Below the pieces are notes generated by a model. The model saw nothing but the letters and a program-made list of their open reading frames with translations. It was not told the origin of the DNA and did no database searches. Shown here in pieces: positions 1 to 8,579 of a stretch of DNA of 64,000 bases. Origin of the DNA: Candidatus Aminicenantes bacterium (GTDB lineage: Bacteria > Acidobacteriota > Aminicenantia > Aminicenantales > CALLJL01). The position numbers and the translations under genes were made by a program. Location: the NCBI GenBank assembly GCA_026416195.1, contig JAOAFQ010000015.1:9332-73331 (forward strand), written 5' to 3'. Within the stretch, counting starts at the first letter, position 1. Each line of letters opens with the position of its first letter.

Positions 1-2
1 AT

Positions 3-512
3 TGCCGTCTTTTTTACCAACTTTATGGACTAAGTACAGTTTGTCTGCGTTATTTCAATGTTTTCGGCCCTAGGCAAGATCCCCTTTCGCCTTATGCGGC
101 CGTTATTCCCAATTTTATTTTTCGTCTACTTCAGGGAAAGGAACCAATAATTTTTGGCGATGGCGAGCAATCCCGAGATTTTACCTATGTGGCTAATGTG
201 GTTGAAGCTAACCTCCTAACAATCAAGGCAGATGATCGAATTTCAGGCGAAGTGTTTAATATTGCCTGTGGACAACAGATTTCTGTCAATACTTTGGTCA
301 CAGAGCTCAATCGACTTCTTGGGACTCAAATTAAATCGATTCATGCTGAGCCCCGCCCCGGCGATATCCGTCATTCCTTAGCCGACATTTCAAAGGCTCG
401 AAGAATCCTAGGTTTTGAACCCCGTTACTCCTTTGAGGCAGGATTAGCCCACACATTAAATTGGTTTAAAAAGAGAATGGGCCATGAAACCCAAAATAAA
501 GTATTTTATTGA
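3..512 (+). CDS. UDP-N-acetylglucosamine 4-epimerase-like NAD-dependent epimerase (WbpP/TviC family); 5' end outside window
   Basis: Frame 3 is open from the window edge. It translates to ...LRYFNVFGPRQDP...AVIPNFIFRLLQGKEPIIFGDGEQSRDFTYVANVVEAN...PGDIRHSLADISKARRILGFEP, the C-terminal signature of extended-SDR epimerases of the TviC/WbpP type. Confidence 0.75.
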   Translation, partial: CRLFYQLYGLSTVCLRYFNVFGPRQDPLSPYAAVIPNFIFRLLQGKEPIIFGDGEQSRDFTYVANVVEANLLTIKADDRISGEVFNIACGQQISVNTLVTELNRLLGTQIKSIHAEPRPGDIRHSLADISKARRILGFEPRYSFEAGLAHTLNWFKKRMGHETQNKVFY

Positions 513-1803
513 AAGAATTAAAAGAAGAGAAGTAAAAGTTGGCGTTATTGGAATGGGTTATGTTGGTCTTCCATTGGTTAAAATTTTTCTTCAAAAGGGC
601 TTTGAAGTTAAGGGTTTTGATATTGATGAGCGTAAAGTTGTTTGTCTTAATCAAGGAAAAAGCTATATTCTTCATGTTAGCGGTGAAGACCTTAAGCCTT
701 ATCTGAATCAAGGAAAATTTCGAGCTACGGCTGATTTTTCTGAGCTAGCCCAGGTCGAGGCTATTCTGATTTGTGTGCCTACGCCTCTTGACGCCCATCG
801 CAATCCTGATCTTTCCTTTGTCATCAAGACAACAGAAACTATTGCTCAATATTTAGGGCCAGGTCAATTAATTGTGCTCGAAAGTACCACCTACCCGGGG
901 ACAACTGATGAGGTTATGTTACCTATTTTAGAAAAAAAAGGGCTTAAAGTTGGTCAAGATTTTTATTTAGCCTATTCGCCAGAAAGAGAAAACCCAGGTG
1001 ATAAACATTTTTCTACCGATAAAATTCCAAAAGTTGTGGGCGGCATAACTCCTAATTGTCTTCAAGTGGCTAAAGCTCTTTATGATGAAGTTGTGGTGAA
1101 AACGGTGCCAGTCTCTTCAACCAAAGTAGCAGAGGCTACTAAACTTCTTGAAAATATTTTCCGTTCTGTCAATATTGCTATGGTCAATGAAATGAAAATG
1201 ATTTTTGAACGCTTAGGAATTGACATTTGGGAAGTGATTGAGGCTGCCTCAACTAAGCCTTTTGGGTTTATGCCCTTTTACCCTGGGCCAGGCTATGGGG
1301 GCCACTGTATTCCGGTTGATCCCTTTTATCTTACTTGGAAGGCCAAAGAAGTTGATTATCCAACTAAATTTATTGAATTAGCTGGAGAAATAAACACCCA
1401 AATGCCCTATTATGTGGTTAATCGAACGATCGAGGCTCTTAACAGCCGAGGTAAAGCGATAAATGGAGCGAAAATTCTGGTTCTAGGCATTGCCTATAAA
1501 AAAGATATTGATGATCAACGGGAGAGTCCAGCCCTGAAAATAATCAGTCTCTTCCAGAAAAAGGGGGCTAGGGTAAGCTATCATGATCCTTATGTTCCCC
1601 ATTCCTATGGCCATCGGGAATATCCTGGATTGGATCTAAAATCAGTCCCTTTAACGGAAAAAAGACTTAAAGAATCAGATGCGGTGATTATTGCCACGGA
1701 TCATTCAGTCTTTGATTACGACTGGATTGTCCGACACAGTTCTTTAGTGATTGACACAAGAAATGCTATCAAAAAAAAATTAAAAAAAGTAGTCAAAGCT
1801 TAG
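484..1803 (+). CDS. UDP-N-acetyl-D-glucosamine/mannosamine 6-dehydrogenase (TviB/WbpA/WecC family nucleotide-sugar dehydrogenase)
   Basis: N-terminal Rossmann motif VGVIGMGYVGLPL. Overall UDP-glucose/GDP-mannose dehydrogenase-family architecture, 439 aa. Sits directly after the TviC-like epimerase. Confidence 0.8.
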   Translation: MKPKIKYFIERIKRREVKVGVIGMGYVGLPLVKIFLQKGFEVKGFDIDERKVVCLNQGKSYILHVSGEDLKPYLNQGKFRATADFSELAQVEAILICVPTPLDAHRNPDLSFVIKTTETIAQYLGPGQLIVLESTTYPGTTDEVMLPILEKKGLKVGQDFYLAYSPERENPGDKHFSTDKIPKVVGGITPNCLQVAKALYDEVVVKTVPVSSTKVAEATKLLENIFRSVNIAMVNEMKMIFERLGIDIWEVIEAASTKPFGFMPFYPGPGYGGHCIPVDPFYLTWKAKEVDYPTKFIELAGEINTQMPYYVVNRTIEALNSRGKAINGAKILVLGIAYKKDIDDQRESPALKIISLFQKKGARVSYHDPYVPHSYGHREYPGLDLKSVPLTEKRLKESDAVIIATDHSVFDYDWIVRHSSLVIDTRNAIKKKLKKVVKA

Positions 1804-1812
1804 GGGATAAAA

Positions 1813-3117
1813 ATGAAAATTGGCATTATTGGTACAGGTTATGTGGGCTTAGTTACGGCTGTTGGTTTAGCTGAATTAGGTCATCAGGTCATAGCAACAG
1901 ATAAAGATATTAATAAGATAAAAAAATTGGAACAAGGAATCATTCCTATCTATGAACCTGGACTTGAGGAGCTTTTTTCGAAAGTAAGAGCTAAAGGTTT
2001 AATCTCTTTTACTCCTGATTTATCAGCCGCTATTCGGGCAGCTGATGTTATTTTTGTGTGTGTAGGAACGCCCCCAACCGCCGACGGCTCGGCCGACATG
2101 TCTCAAATTGAAGAAGTGGCCAGAAAAATTGCAGAAAATCTTAATAATTATAAGCTAATTGTGGAAAAGAGTACGGTGCCAGTTAAAACTTCCTATTGGA
2201 TTAAAAGAACTATCAATCTTTACAAAAAAACTGAGGCGATTTTTGATATAGCCTCTAACCCCGAGTTCTTAAGAGAGGGGACGGCAGTTCACGATTTTTT
2301 AAATCCTGACCGCATTATTATTGGGGTGGAAAATGAGCGAGCCCGGGATATTCTCCTTAAAATTTATGAAAACTTTCAGGATAAAATTTTAGTGACCAAC
2401 ATTGACACGGCTGAGCTTATCAAGCATGCTTCCAATTCTTTCTTGGCTTTAAAAATTTCTTTCATCAATCTTATGGCTAATATTTGTGAAAAAACCGAAG
2501 CTGACATTGAACAAGTAGCTCTAGGAATGGGACTTGATCCGCGCATTGGTCGTGAGTTCTTAAGAGCTGGAATTGGCTATGGAGGTTCTTGCTTCCCTAA
2601 GGACATTAAAGCATTAACCAAAATAGGCGAGGAACTTGGGGTGGAAATGGGTCTTCTCCGCGAAGCAGATAAGATCAACCAAGATAGGATTCGTCTTTTC
2701 CTGGAGAAAGTTAGGCGAGCTCTATGGGTCTTAAAAGAGAAAAGAATTGCTGTCCTCGGCCTATCTTTTAAGCCTAATACTGATGATATTCGAGAAGCCC
2801 CTAGCCTAAAAATAATCGGAGAGCTGCGGCGAGAAGTAGCTTTGGTTCAACTTTATGATCCTAAGGCGATGGATAATATGAAGCAAGTTTTTCCTGAAGA
2901 GCCGCCTTATTTGGTTTATCATCCTACCCTTTACGATGCGGTTAAAGATGCTAATGCTCTTCTTATCCTAACGGAGTGGGATGAATTTCGTCAAATGGAC
3001 TTATTGAGGATCAAGAATTTAATGGCCAATCCGATTATTATTGATGGTCGAAATCTTTTTGAGCCAAGTGAAATCAGAAAATTGGGTTTTGAATACTATT
3101 GCATTGGCCGCCGCTGA
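1813..3117 (+). CDS. ugd: UDP-glucose 6-dehydrogenase
   Basis: MKIGIIGTGYVGLVTAVGLAELGHQV N-terminus, 434 aa. Catalytic region GGSCFPKDI is present. Confidence 0.85.
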   Translation: MKIGIIGTGYVGLVTAVGLAELGHQVIATDKDINKIKKLEQGIIPIYEPGLEELFSKVRAKGLISFTPDLSAAIRAADVIFVCVGTPPTADGSADMSQIEEVARKIAENLNNYKLIVEKSTVPVKTSYWIKRTINLYKKTEAIFDIASNPEFLREGTAVHDFLNPDRIIIGVENERARDILLKIYENFQDKILVTNIDTAELIKHASNSFLALKISFINLMANICEKTEADIEQVALGMGLDPRIGREFLRAGIGYGGSCFPKDIKALTKIGEELGVEMGLLREADKINQDRIRLFLEKVRRALWVLKEKRIAVLGLSFKPNTDDIREAPSLKIIGELRREVALVQLYDPKAMDNMKQVFPEEPPYLVYHPTLYDAVKDANALLILTEWDEFRQMDLLRIKNLMANPIIIDGRNLFEPSEIRKLGFEYYCIGRR

Positions 3118-3120
3118 GCG

Positions 3121-3978
3121 ATGAAAATTTTGGTTACCGGAGCTAGAGGATTGCTCGGAACTGATCTTGTACCCCTACTTCAAGCCGACGGTCATGAAGT
3201 TCTAGCTACGGACATCGATGAATTAGATATCACCGAGACAGACCAGGTAGTGGCTTTTATCTCAAGGGAAAAACCGGAAGTGGTAATTAATTGTGCCGCT
3301 TACACTCAGGTTGACAAAGCTGAGGAAGAACAAGATAAGGCCTTGGCTGTTAATTGGCTGGGAGTTCAAAATTTAGCCTTGGCTTGTTCCTTTCAAGAAA
3401 TCAAAATCTGCCATTTGAGTACTGATTATGTTTTCAATGGAGAAAAGGACGCTCCTTATACTCCCTTTGATTTTCCTCAGCCGATCAATGTTTATGGCTG
3501 GTCGAAGTGGTTAGGTGAAGAGTGCCTCATAAGAATATCTACACGTTACTTTCTGGTGCGAACCAGCTGGCTTTATGGCCGAGGTGGTTTAAACTTTGTC
3601 GACACTATTTTAAATAAGGCTAAGAACCATCCCGAAATAAAGGTGGTAACTGATCAACGAGGCTCGCCGACTTGGTCCGTCAATTTAGCCAGGTTCTTAA
3701 GTTATCTTGTCAGGAGTGAAAAATATGGTCTTTATCATGTTACGGATAAAACCAAGGGTGGCGTAAGTTGGTTTGAGTTGGCTCAAGAAGTAGTTAGGTT
3801 AGCTGGTCTTGCGACCAAAATAATTCCTGTGACAAGTGAAGAATTTCCCCGTCCGGCCCGACGGCCTAAAAATTCTGTTCTCGATCTAAGCTGGACAGAA
3901 ATCGCTTTTAATTACCCTTTTCCTGATTGGCGGGAGGCGCTTCAAACTTATCTCAAAACTAAAGGGATATTAAAATAA
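3121..3978 (+). CDS. rfbD: dTDP-4-dehydrorhamnose reductase
   Basis: MKILVTGARGLLGTDL start. 285 aa RmlD-like short-chain reductase with Y-x3-K region YVYGWSKWLGE. Confidence 0.8.
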   Translation: MKILVTGARGLLGTDLVPLLQADGHEVLATDIDELDITETDQVVAFISREKPEVVINCAAYTQVDKAEEEQDKALAVNWLGVQNLALACSFQEIKICHLSTDYVFNGEKDAPYTPFDFPQPINVYGWSKWLGEECLIRISTRYFLVRTSWLYGRGGLNFVDTILNKAKNHPEIKVVTDQRGSPTWSVNLARFLSYLVRSEKYGLYHVTDKTKGGVSWFELAQEVVRLAGLATKIIPVTSEEFPRPARRPKNSVLDLSWTEIAFNYPFPDWREALQTYLKTKGILK

Positions 3979-3996
3979 GCCCTGCTAAAGATTGAT

Positions 3997-6111
3997 TTAG
4001 CGACCCGTTACCTCAATTTTGTGGCCAATAAAGTTAGTCTCGATTTCTAAATAGGTATCTTGGCCAATTCTTTTGAGCTTAAAAGGCACAGTTTGATCGT
4101 CAAGTTTGGCCCTTAAAGGACGACTCTTTCCCCAAGGCCAGATTAACTTGACAATTCCTTGTCTTGAATCATTGCTGTTAAAAGCGAAATTGATCTGAAA
4201 TAATTTTTCATCACATTGGTATTCATAGCTATAGAAAAGGCCATTGAGGGGGAAATATATTTGAGCTTTAGCTTCGGTCTGACCAAGTCGAGGCGAAATA
4301 ATTGGTTTCTCCTCATTGACTTCGAATCCCAATAAACCTTGATAAATGGCTAAGGCCAAGGCGCCAGCACTTCCGACAAAATTTAAACTACCTCGACCAG
4401 CCCCTTCTCTAGTATCCCATTCAAAGAAAGTTCCCCTGTTAATGTTTTTGCGGGCTATTTCAAGAAGACATTGAGTTGCCTTTTGGCTAAAACCGCAATT
4501 ATACATTGCGGTAATCATTCGGCCGCCGAACCAATCCCATTGTCCACCGTTCTGATATTCATATGGTTCATCCATCAGAGGGTGCTGAAAAAAGCTAGCT
4601 GGATAAGGAGGAAGAAGACAGCCGCTAATCGTGGATAAACCGTATTGTTGTCGACGATCGAGAGCAACTTGAATGATTTTTTTAGCCTTATCATAATCGG
4701 CCAAATTAGAAAGGATAGCTAAGGTATTGCCGCCGAGAGCAAAAAGATCCTTTTCCTCAAAGTCATGGTTTAAAGAGCTCACATGTAGATGGAGCCGATA
4801 AAAGCCTCGCTCATCTTGCCAAAGGAGCTGATTGGTTCGACTTTTTATTGCCTGGGCTTTGTTTTGCCAGAAAGAAACATATTTTTTTTCACCGAGGAGA
4901 GAAAAAAGAGAGGCAAGATCAAGACAAGCCTGATAGACCATACTTTGGTCATAAATATCAGCGGTCCAAATAGAATTTTCGTCAGCATAGATGGCTTGTT
5001 GATCGGATTCACCAATTTCCACATCCCCCCAGTCAGCCGTGTGGGTTCCGATAATTAACCCTAATTTTTGGTCATAACGATGATCAAAAAGATAATTTAA
5101 TCCTTTTTGGAGTCGATCAATTATTTTTTGACCGGCGATTTTTTTCTCAAGCCATTGACGACCTTTTTCTGGCCCCATAATTCTGACTAGAAGGGAGGCG
5201 GCTTGAATGGCTGAGGCTTCTTGATCACTTTCGGTTGTATTCTTATCTACCTGGCCCGAAGCATCAACCCAATCAGGAATTGAACCATTCTCATCCTGAT
5301 AACATAGGATTTCTTCCAACCATGAAGATAGAAAGGGCTCAGGATAAAAATAGCGAGAAGCCCATAAAATTGTCGCTGAATCTCTAACCCAAATTTGGGG
5401 ATAACCTGTCCCTGCTCGAAAGCCAAAGACCTCACCGGTTTGACCTTTGAATTTAACTTCACCATGGTGAAGGGTTAAACGAATTAATTTGCCCAGATCA
5501 TTTATTTCAGACCAGTTGGTCTCAAAAAGGGTATAAGGAGTAATATCTAAACTTGGTTTTTGTTTGAATTCAGGCAGCAGGGCCGATTTAATCTTTAAAG
5601 GCCAAAGAAGAGTTTTTGAGCCATAGTCTTTAAACCAAGTCTTGCCTTCCAAGACAAGATCAAATTCAAGAAAATATTGCCCCGGAGTTAGGGGAGCAGG
5701 CAAGTTAACTTGTAATTCCATGCTTTCTCCGGGCATTATTTCTTTGGGCAGTTCGAAACGCGGATTATCCCTGCGGATCATGTTCTTATTTTTATCGAGT
5801 AGATGATAGGAGAGAAGACAGGGTGGAGATGCTGTAGATTTCCAAGGGCGCCTTCCAGCGTTGGAAAATTTAAGTTTCAATGAAATTATTTCGCCTTCCT
5901 CAGCTATAATTGGTTCTGGCTTTGTTTCCCAGAGGCAGAAATAAGGTTGGTTTCTTTGTTTTTTCATGGCTTTAGTTTCTTCTTTTGGTTGACATCGGGC
6001 AACCAATAAAATGGAAATGAAAAAAAAGCCATAAAGAATTAGTAAAAAAATTTTTTTCTTATTGCCATAGCTTAGTTTTTTCCCTGAACTCAAATTCTTT
6101 TGATTTAGCAT
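3997..6111 (-). CDS. membrane-anchored/secreted protein with a CARDB-like Ig domain and a six-hairpin (alpha/alpha)6 glycoside-hydrolase-like domain (GH63/GH116/GDE-like)
   Basis: N-terminal K-rich stretch plus a hydrophobic anchor. CARDB-like segment IISLKLKFSNAG...PGESMELQVNLPAPLTPGQYFLEFDL. Glycosidase-like motifs GTGYPQIWVRDSA, ENGSIPDW, YQNGGQWDWFGG and EWDTREG. Its start codon overlaps the hypE stop (ATGCTAA). Confidence 0.5.
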   Translation of the reverse strand: MLNQKNLSSGKKLSYGNKKKIFLLILYGFFFISILLVARCQPKEETKAMKKQRNQPYFCLWETKPEPIIAEEGEIISLKLKFSNAGRRPWKSTASPPCLLSYHLLDKNKNMIRRDNPRFELPKEIMPGESMELQVNLPAPLTPGQYFLEFDLVLEGKTWFKDYGSKTLLWPLKIKSALLPEFKQKPSLDITPYTLFETNWSEINDLGKLIRLTLHHGEVKFKGQTGEVFGFRAGTGYPQIWVRDSATILWASRYFYPEPFLSSWLEEILCYQDENGSIPDWVDASGQVDKNTTESDQEASAIQAASLLVRIMGPEKGRQWLEKKIAGQKIIDRLQKGLNYLFDHRYDQKLGLIIGTHTADWGDVEIGESDQQAIYADENSIWTADIYDQSMVYQACLDLASLFSLLGEKKYVSFWQNKAQAIKSRTNQLLWQDERGFYRLHLHVSSLNHDFEEKDLFALGGNTLAILSNLADYDKAKKIIQVALDRRQQYGLSTISGCLLPPYPASFFQHPLMDEPYEYQNGGQWDWFGGRMITAMYNCGFSQKATQCLLEIARKNINRGTFFEWDTREGAGRGSLNFVGSAGALALAIYQGLLGFEVNEEKPIISPRLGQTEAKAQIYFPLNGLFYSYEYQCDEKLFQINFAFNSNDSRQGIVKLIWPWGKSRPLRAKLDDQTVPFKLKRIGQDTYLEIETNFIGHKIEVTGR

Positions 6112-7094
6112 ATCCGCGGCAGAAGTTCTGTTGTGAGGGGTTCAAGAAGCCTTAATCCTCCAGTTTTAGTTCGTAATAATAGTTCCCCCGGTCGACCTAT
6201 TCGGTCTTCAATCTGCCCGATGATTGAAGCTTCTCGGGCCAAGGGTTGTTCTTTTAAATAGGAAAGGATTTCATCGCTTCTTTCTGCCGGAACTAAAAGA
6301 ATAGCTCGGCCTTCGCAGGCCAGGTAGAGCGGATCTATTCCCAGAAATTCAGCCACTGCCCGAACTGACGGAGAAAGAGGAATTTTTTTTTCTTCTATTA
6401 GGATAGGAAAAGGTATTTTTTCGGCTAATTCCCATAGAATTGTGGCTAGGCCGCCCCGTGTAATGTCTCTCATCCACCGAACTCCTTTTTGCCAAAGAGG
6501 CAAAAGAAAGGTTAAAGCCGCGCAATCGCTTTGAACCGGGGCTTCAAAACCAAAATCTCCTCTGGCCACAAGAATGGCCACACTATGGTCACCGATAGGC
6601 CCAGTGACGATTAATTTATCTCCTGGAACAATTAGATTAAGATTGGGGCGAGCTATAATTTGGCCAATTCCTGAAGTATTGATATATATTTTATCAGCTT
6701 GACCACGCCGAACTACTTTGGTATCGCCAGTAACTATTTGGACCCCAGCGCTTGAGGCAGCTTGCTTTATCGATTCTAGAATCCTTTTGAGATCATTCCA
6801 GGCGAAACCCTCTTCAATAATCAAGGCTAAGGAGATGAATTCTGGTTTCGCTCCAGAAACAATAAGATCATTAACTGTACCATTGATGGCTAGAGAGCCA
6901 ATATCGCCGCCAGCAAAGAAAATAGGATCGATAACATAGCTATCAGTCGTAAAAGCATAGCCTCCAGGAAGATGGCTGGCGTCAAGTAACTCCTCAAGAA
7001 TGGGATTTGCAAAATGGCTTAAAATTAAACGAGAAATAAAGTCCCGCATTAGCTGGCCACCACTGCCCAATTCTAGGCTAATTAAATCTTTCAT
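6105..7094 (-). CDS. hypE: hydrogenase maturation carbamoyl dehydratase HypE
   Basis: AIR-synthase-related fold, 329 aa. Ends with the diagnostic C-terminal motif ...LLPRIC. Confidence 0.9.
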   Translation of the reverse strand: MKDLISLELGSGGQLMRDFISRLILSHFANPILEELLDASHLPGGYAFTTDSYVIDPIFFAGGDIGSLAINGTVNDLIVSGAKPEFISLALIIEEGFAWNDLKRILESIKQAASSAGVQIVTGDTKVVRRGQADKIYINTSGIGQIIARPNLNLIVPGDKLIVTGPIGDHSVAILVARGDFGFEAPVQSDCAALTFLLPLWQKGVRWMRDITRGGLATILWELAEKIPFPILIEEKKIPLSPSVRAVAEFLGIDPLYLACEGRAILLVPAERSDEILSYLKEQPLAREASIIGQIEDRIGRPGELLLRTKTGGLRLLEPLTTELLPRIC

Positions 7095-8203
7095 TAAGAC
7101 TTTCCTCGTTGGCCAAACTTATAATAAATTAGACAGGCCCCTTCAAAAGAAACCATGCAGGGACCATAGGGGGATTCGGGTCGACAGAGGCGCTCATAAA
7201 GAGAACATTGAGTTGGTTGAATTAGCCCTCGAAGAACTTCTCCGCAGCGACAAGCGGGATTAAAGCTTTTTTTTGAGGGGATTAAATTCAAGGAGAAACG
7301 CTTCAAAGTATCAAATTCCTCAAATTGGTTTTTCAAGGTTAGCCCACTTTGTGGGATAAATCCAAGACCTCGCCAGAAAGCATCTTTGACTTCAAAAACT
7401 TCAGCCATGAGGGCTAAGGCTTTCGGATTGCCCTCGACTGAGACGGCTCGGCAATATTCAATAGCCACTTCTGGAATTCCATTAATGATTTGATCTAAAG
7501 TGGCTATGATTCCTAGGAGGATATCGTTAGGTTCAAAGCCAGTAATGGCTCCAGCGATTTTAAACTCCTCAGCAATAAAACGATAAGGAGCTGAGCCAAT
7601 AATGGCACTTACGTGGCCAGGATAGAGAAAACCATCGAGACCGACTTCACCTGATTCCAAAATGGCTCGAAGAGGGGGAGGGATCAGCCAGCAGGCGGCT
7701 AATAAAGAAAAATTTCTAAGGGAACGGGCCTGAGCTTCTTTAATCGTAAAAGCAAGCGAAGGGATCGTCGTCTCAAAGCCGGCGCCAAACAAGACAATTT
7801 CATAATCAGGATAATTCTGGGCCAACTGGAGAGCTTCGATAGGCGAATAAACAATTTTCAAAAAAGATGAGGGCGCAGGAACAGCGGTTTGCAAAGAACC
7901 TCTTGATGTCGGTACTCGAGTCATATCGCCAAAAGTAGCCACAATCATTTTGTCTCTTTTTGTTAAGAGATCAATGACTATTTCGTGATATTCATCGGGA
8001 GTTATACACACTGGACAACCAGGCCCAGAAAGAAGCTCCACCCCAGCCTCCTCAAGAAGGTTTTTAAGGCCATATCGATATACAGTCATAGTATGAGTAC
8101 CACAGACTTCCATGATTCGAACTCTGCGGCCAATGGTTTTTATCTTCTTTTTTATTGTTTTGAGGAGAGCTGAGGTTATTTCTTCTTGACGCAATTCTTC
8201 CAT
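7094..8203 (-). CDS. hypD: hydrogenase maturation factor HypD
   Basis: 369 aa. Contains MEVCGTHT (CGxH) and GPGCPVC motifs typical of HypD. Confidence 0.9.
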   Translation of the reverse strand: MEELRQEEITSALLKTIKKKIKTIGRRVRIMEVCGTHTMTVYRYGLKNLLEEAGVELLSGPGCPVCITPDEYHEIVIDLLTKRDKMIVATFGDMTRVPTSRGSLQTAVPAPSSFLKIVYSPIEALQLAQNYPDYEIVLFGAGFETTIPSLAFTIKEAQARSLRNFSLLAACWLIPPPLRAILESGEVGLDGFLYPGHVSAIIGSAPYRFIAEEFKIAGAITGFEPNDILLGIIATLDQIINGIPEVAIEYCRAVSVEGNPKALALMAEVFEVKDAFWRGLGFIPQSGLTLKNQFEEFDTLKRFSLNLIPSKKSFNPACRCGEVLRGLIQPTQCSLYERLCRPESPYGPCMVSFEGACLIYYKFGQRGKS

Positions 8204-8211
8204 GGCCTTAA

Positions 8212-8445
8212 TTAAAGGTCAGTCTTTTCCCCTGTAGCGATTTCACGGAGGAGATTCAGGGTTTCTTGGGCTTCCTCTTCCTTGAGGCGAGTAATAGCAA
8301 AGCCGGCATGGATAATAACCCAGTCGCCAACTTGAACCTGATCAAGTAGGCTTAGGTTGACTCTTATTTTTGTTCCGAGATAGTCAACTCGCCCAAAATA
8401 ATCGTTTTCAATGGCGACGATTTTAGCTGGAATACCGAGACACAT
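8212..8445 (-). CDS. hypC: hydrogenase maturation factor HypC
   Basis: 77 aa. N-terminal MCLGIP is the HypC/HupF signature. Confidence 0.85.
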   Translation of the reverse strand: MCLGIPAKIVAIENDYFGRVDYLGTKIRVNLSLLDQVQVGDWVIIHAGFAITRLKEEEAQETLNLLREIATGEKTDL

Positions 8446-8490
8446 AGTCTTTAAATTATAACAAAATGGATTCTTTTTTGTTAGCTCAGA
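8446..8490 (-). promoter_or_regulatory. putative hypC promoter
   Basis: Minus-strand TATAAT (plus coordinates 8455-8460) lies only 9 nt upstream of the hypC ATG. There is no Shine-Dalgarno sequence. Confidence 0.3.
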
Positions 8491-8543
8491 GATAGATTTT
8501 TTTATTTAAAGAGCACAACGGGTCATTTTTTTAAGAGCAATTT

Positions 8544-8572
8544 TTGACAGGGGCAGATAAGCCGCCTATAAT
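8544..8572 (+). promoter_or_regulatory. consensus sigma70-type promoter TTGACA-17 nt-TATAAT upstream of uppS
   Basis: TTGACA at 8544-8549, a 17-nt spacer, and TATAAT at 8567-8572. The in-frame ATG at 8580 sits at the expected transcription start, which would make the transcript leaderless. Confidence 0.5.
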
Positions 8573-8579
8573 GAGGACT

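Noticed and set aside
466-711. 81-aa minus-strand ORF
   Set aside because: Antisense to the well-supported epimerase and dehydrogenase genes, low-complexity N/F/K-rich translation. Judged spurious.
4789-5465. Two short ORFs (89 aa on the plus strand, 72 aa on the minus strand)
   Set aside because: Embedded inside or antisense to the 704-aa glycosidase-like gene. No ribosome-binding site and no motifs.
8544-8579. ORF-track start of uppS at 8544 (MTGADKPPIMRTMEDRL)
   Set aside because: 8544 is TTG and coincides with the -35 hexamer; the ATG at 8571 lies inside the -10 box. The ATG at 8580 fits a leaderless start.
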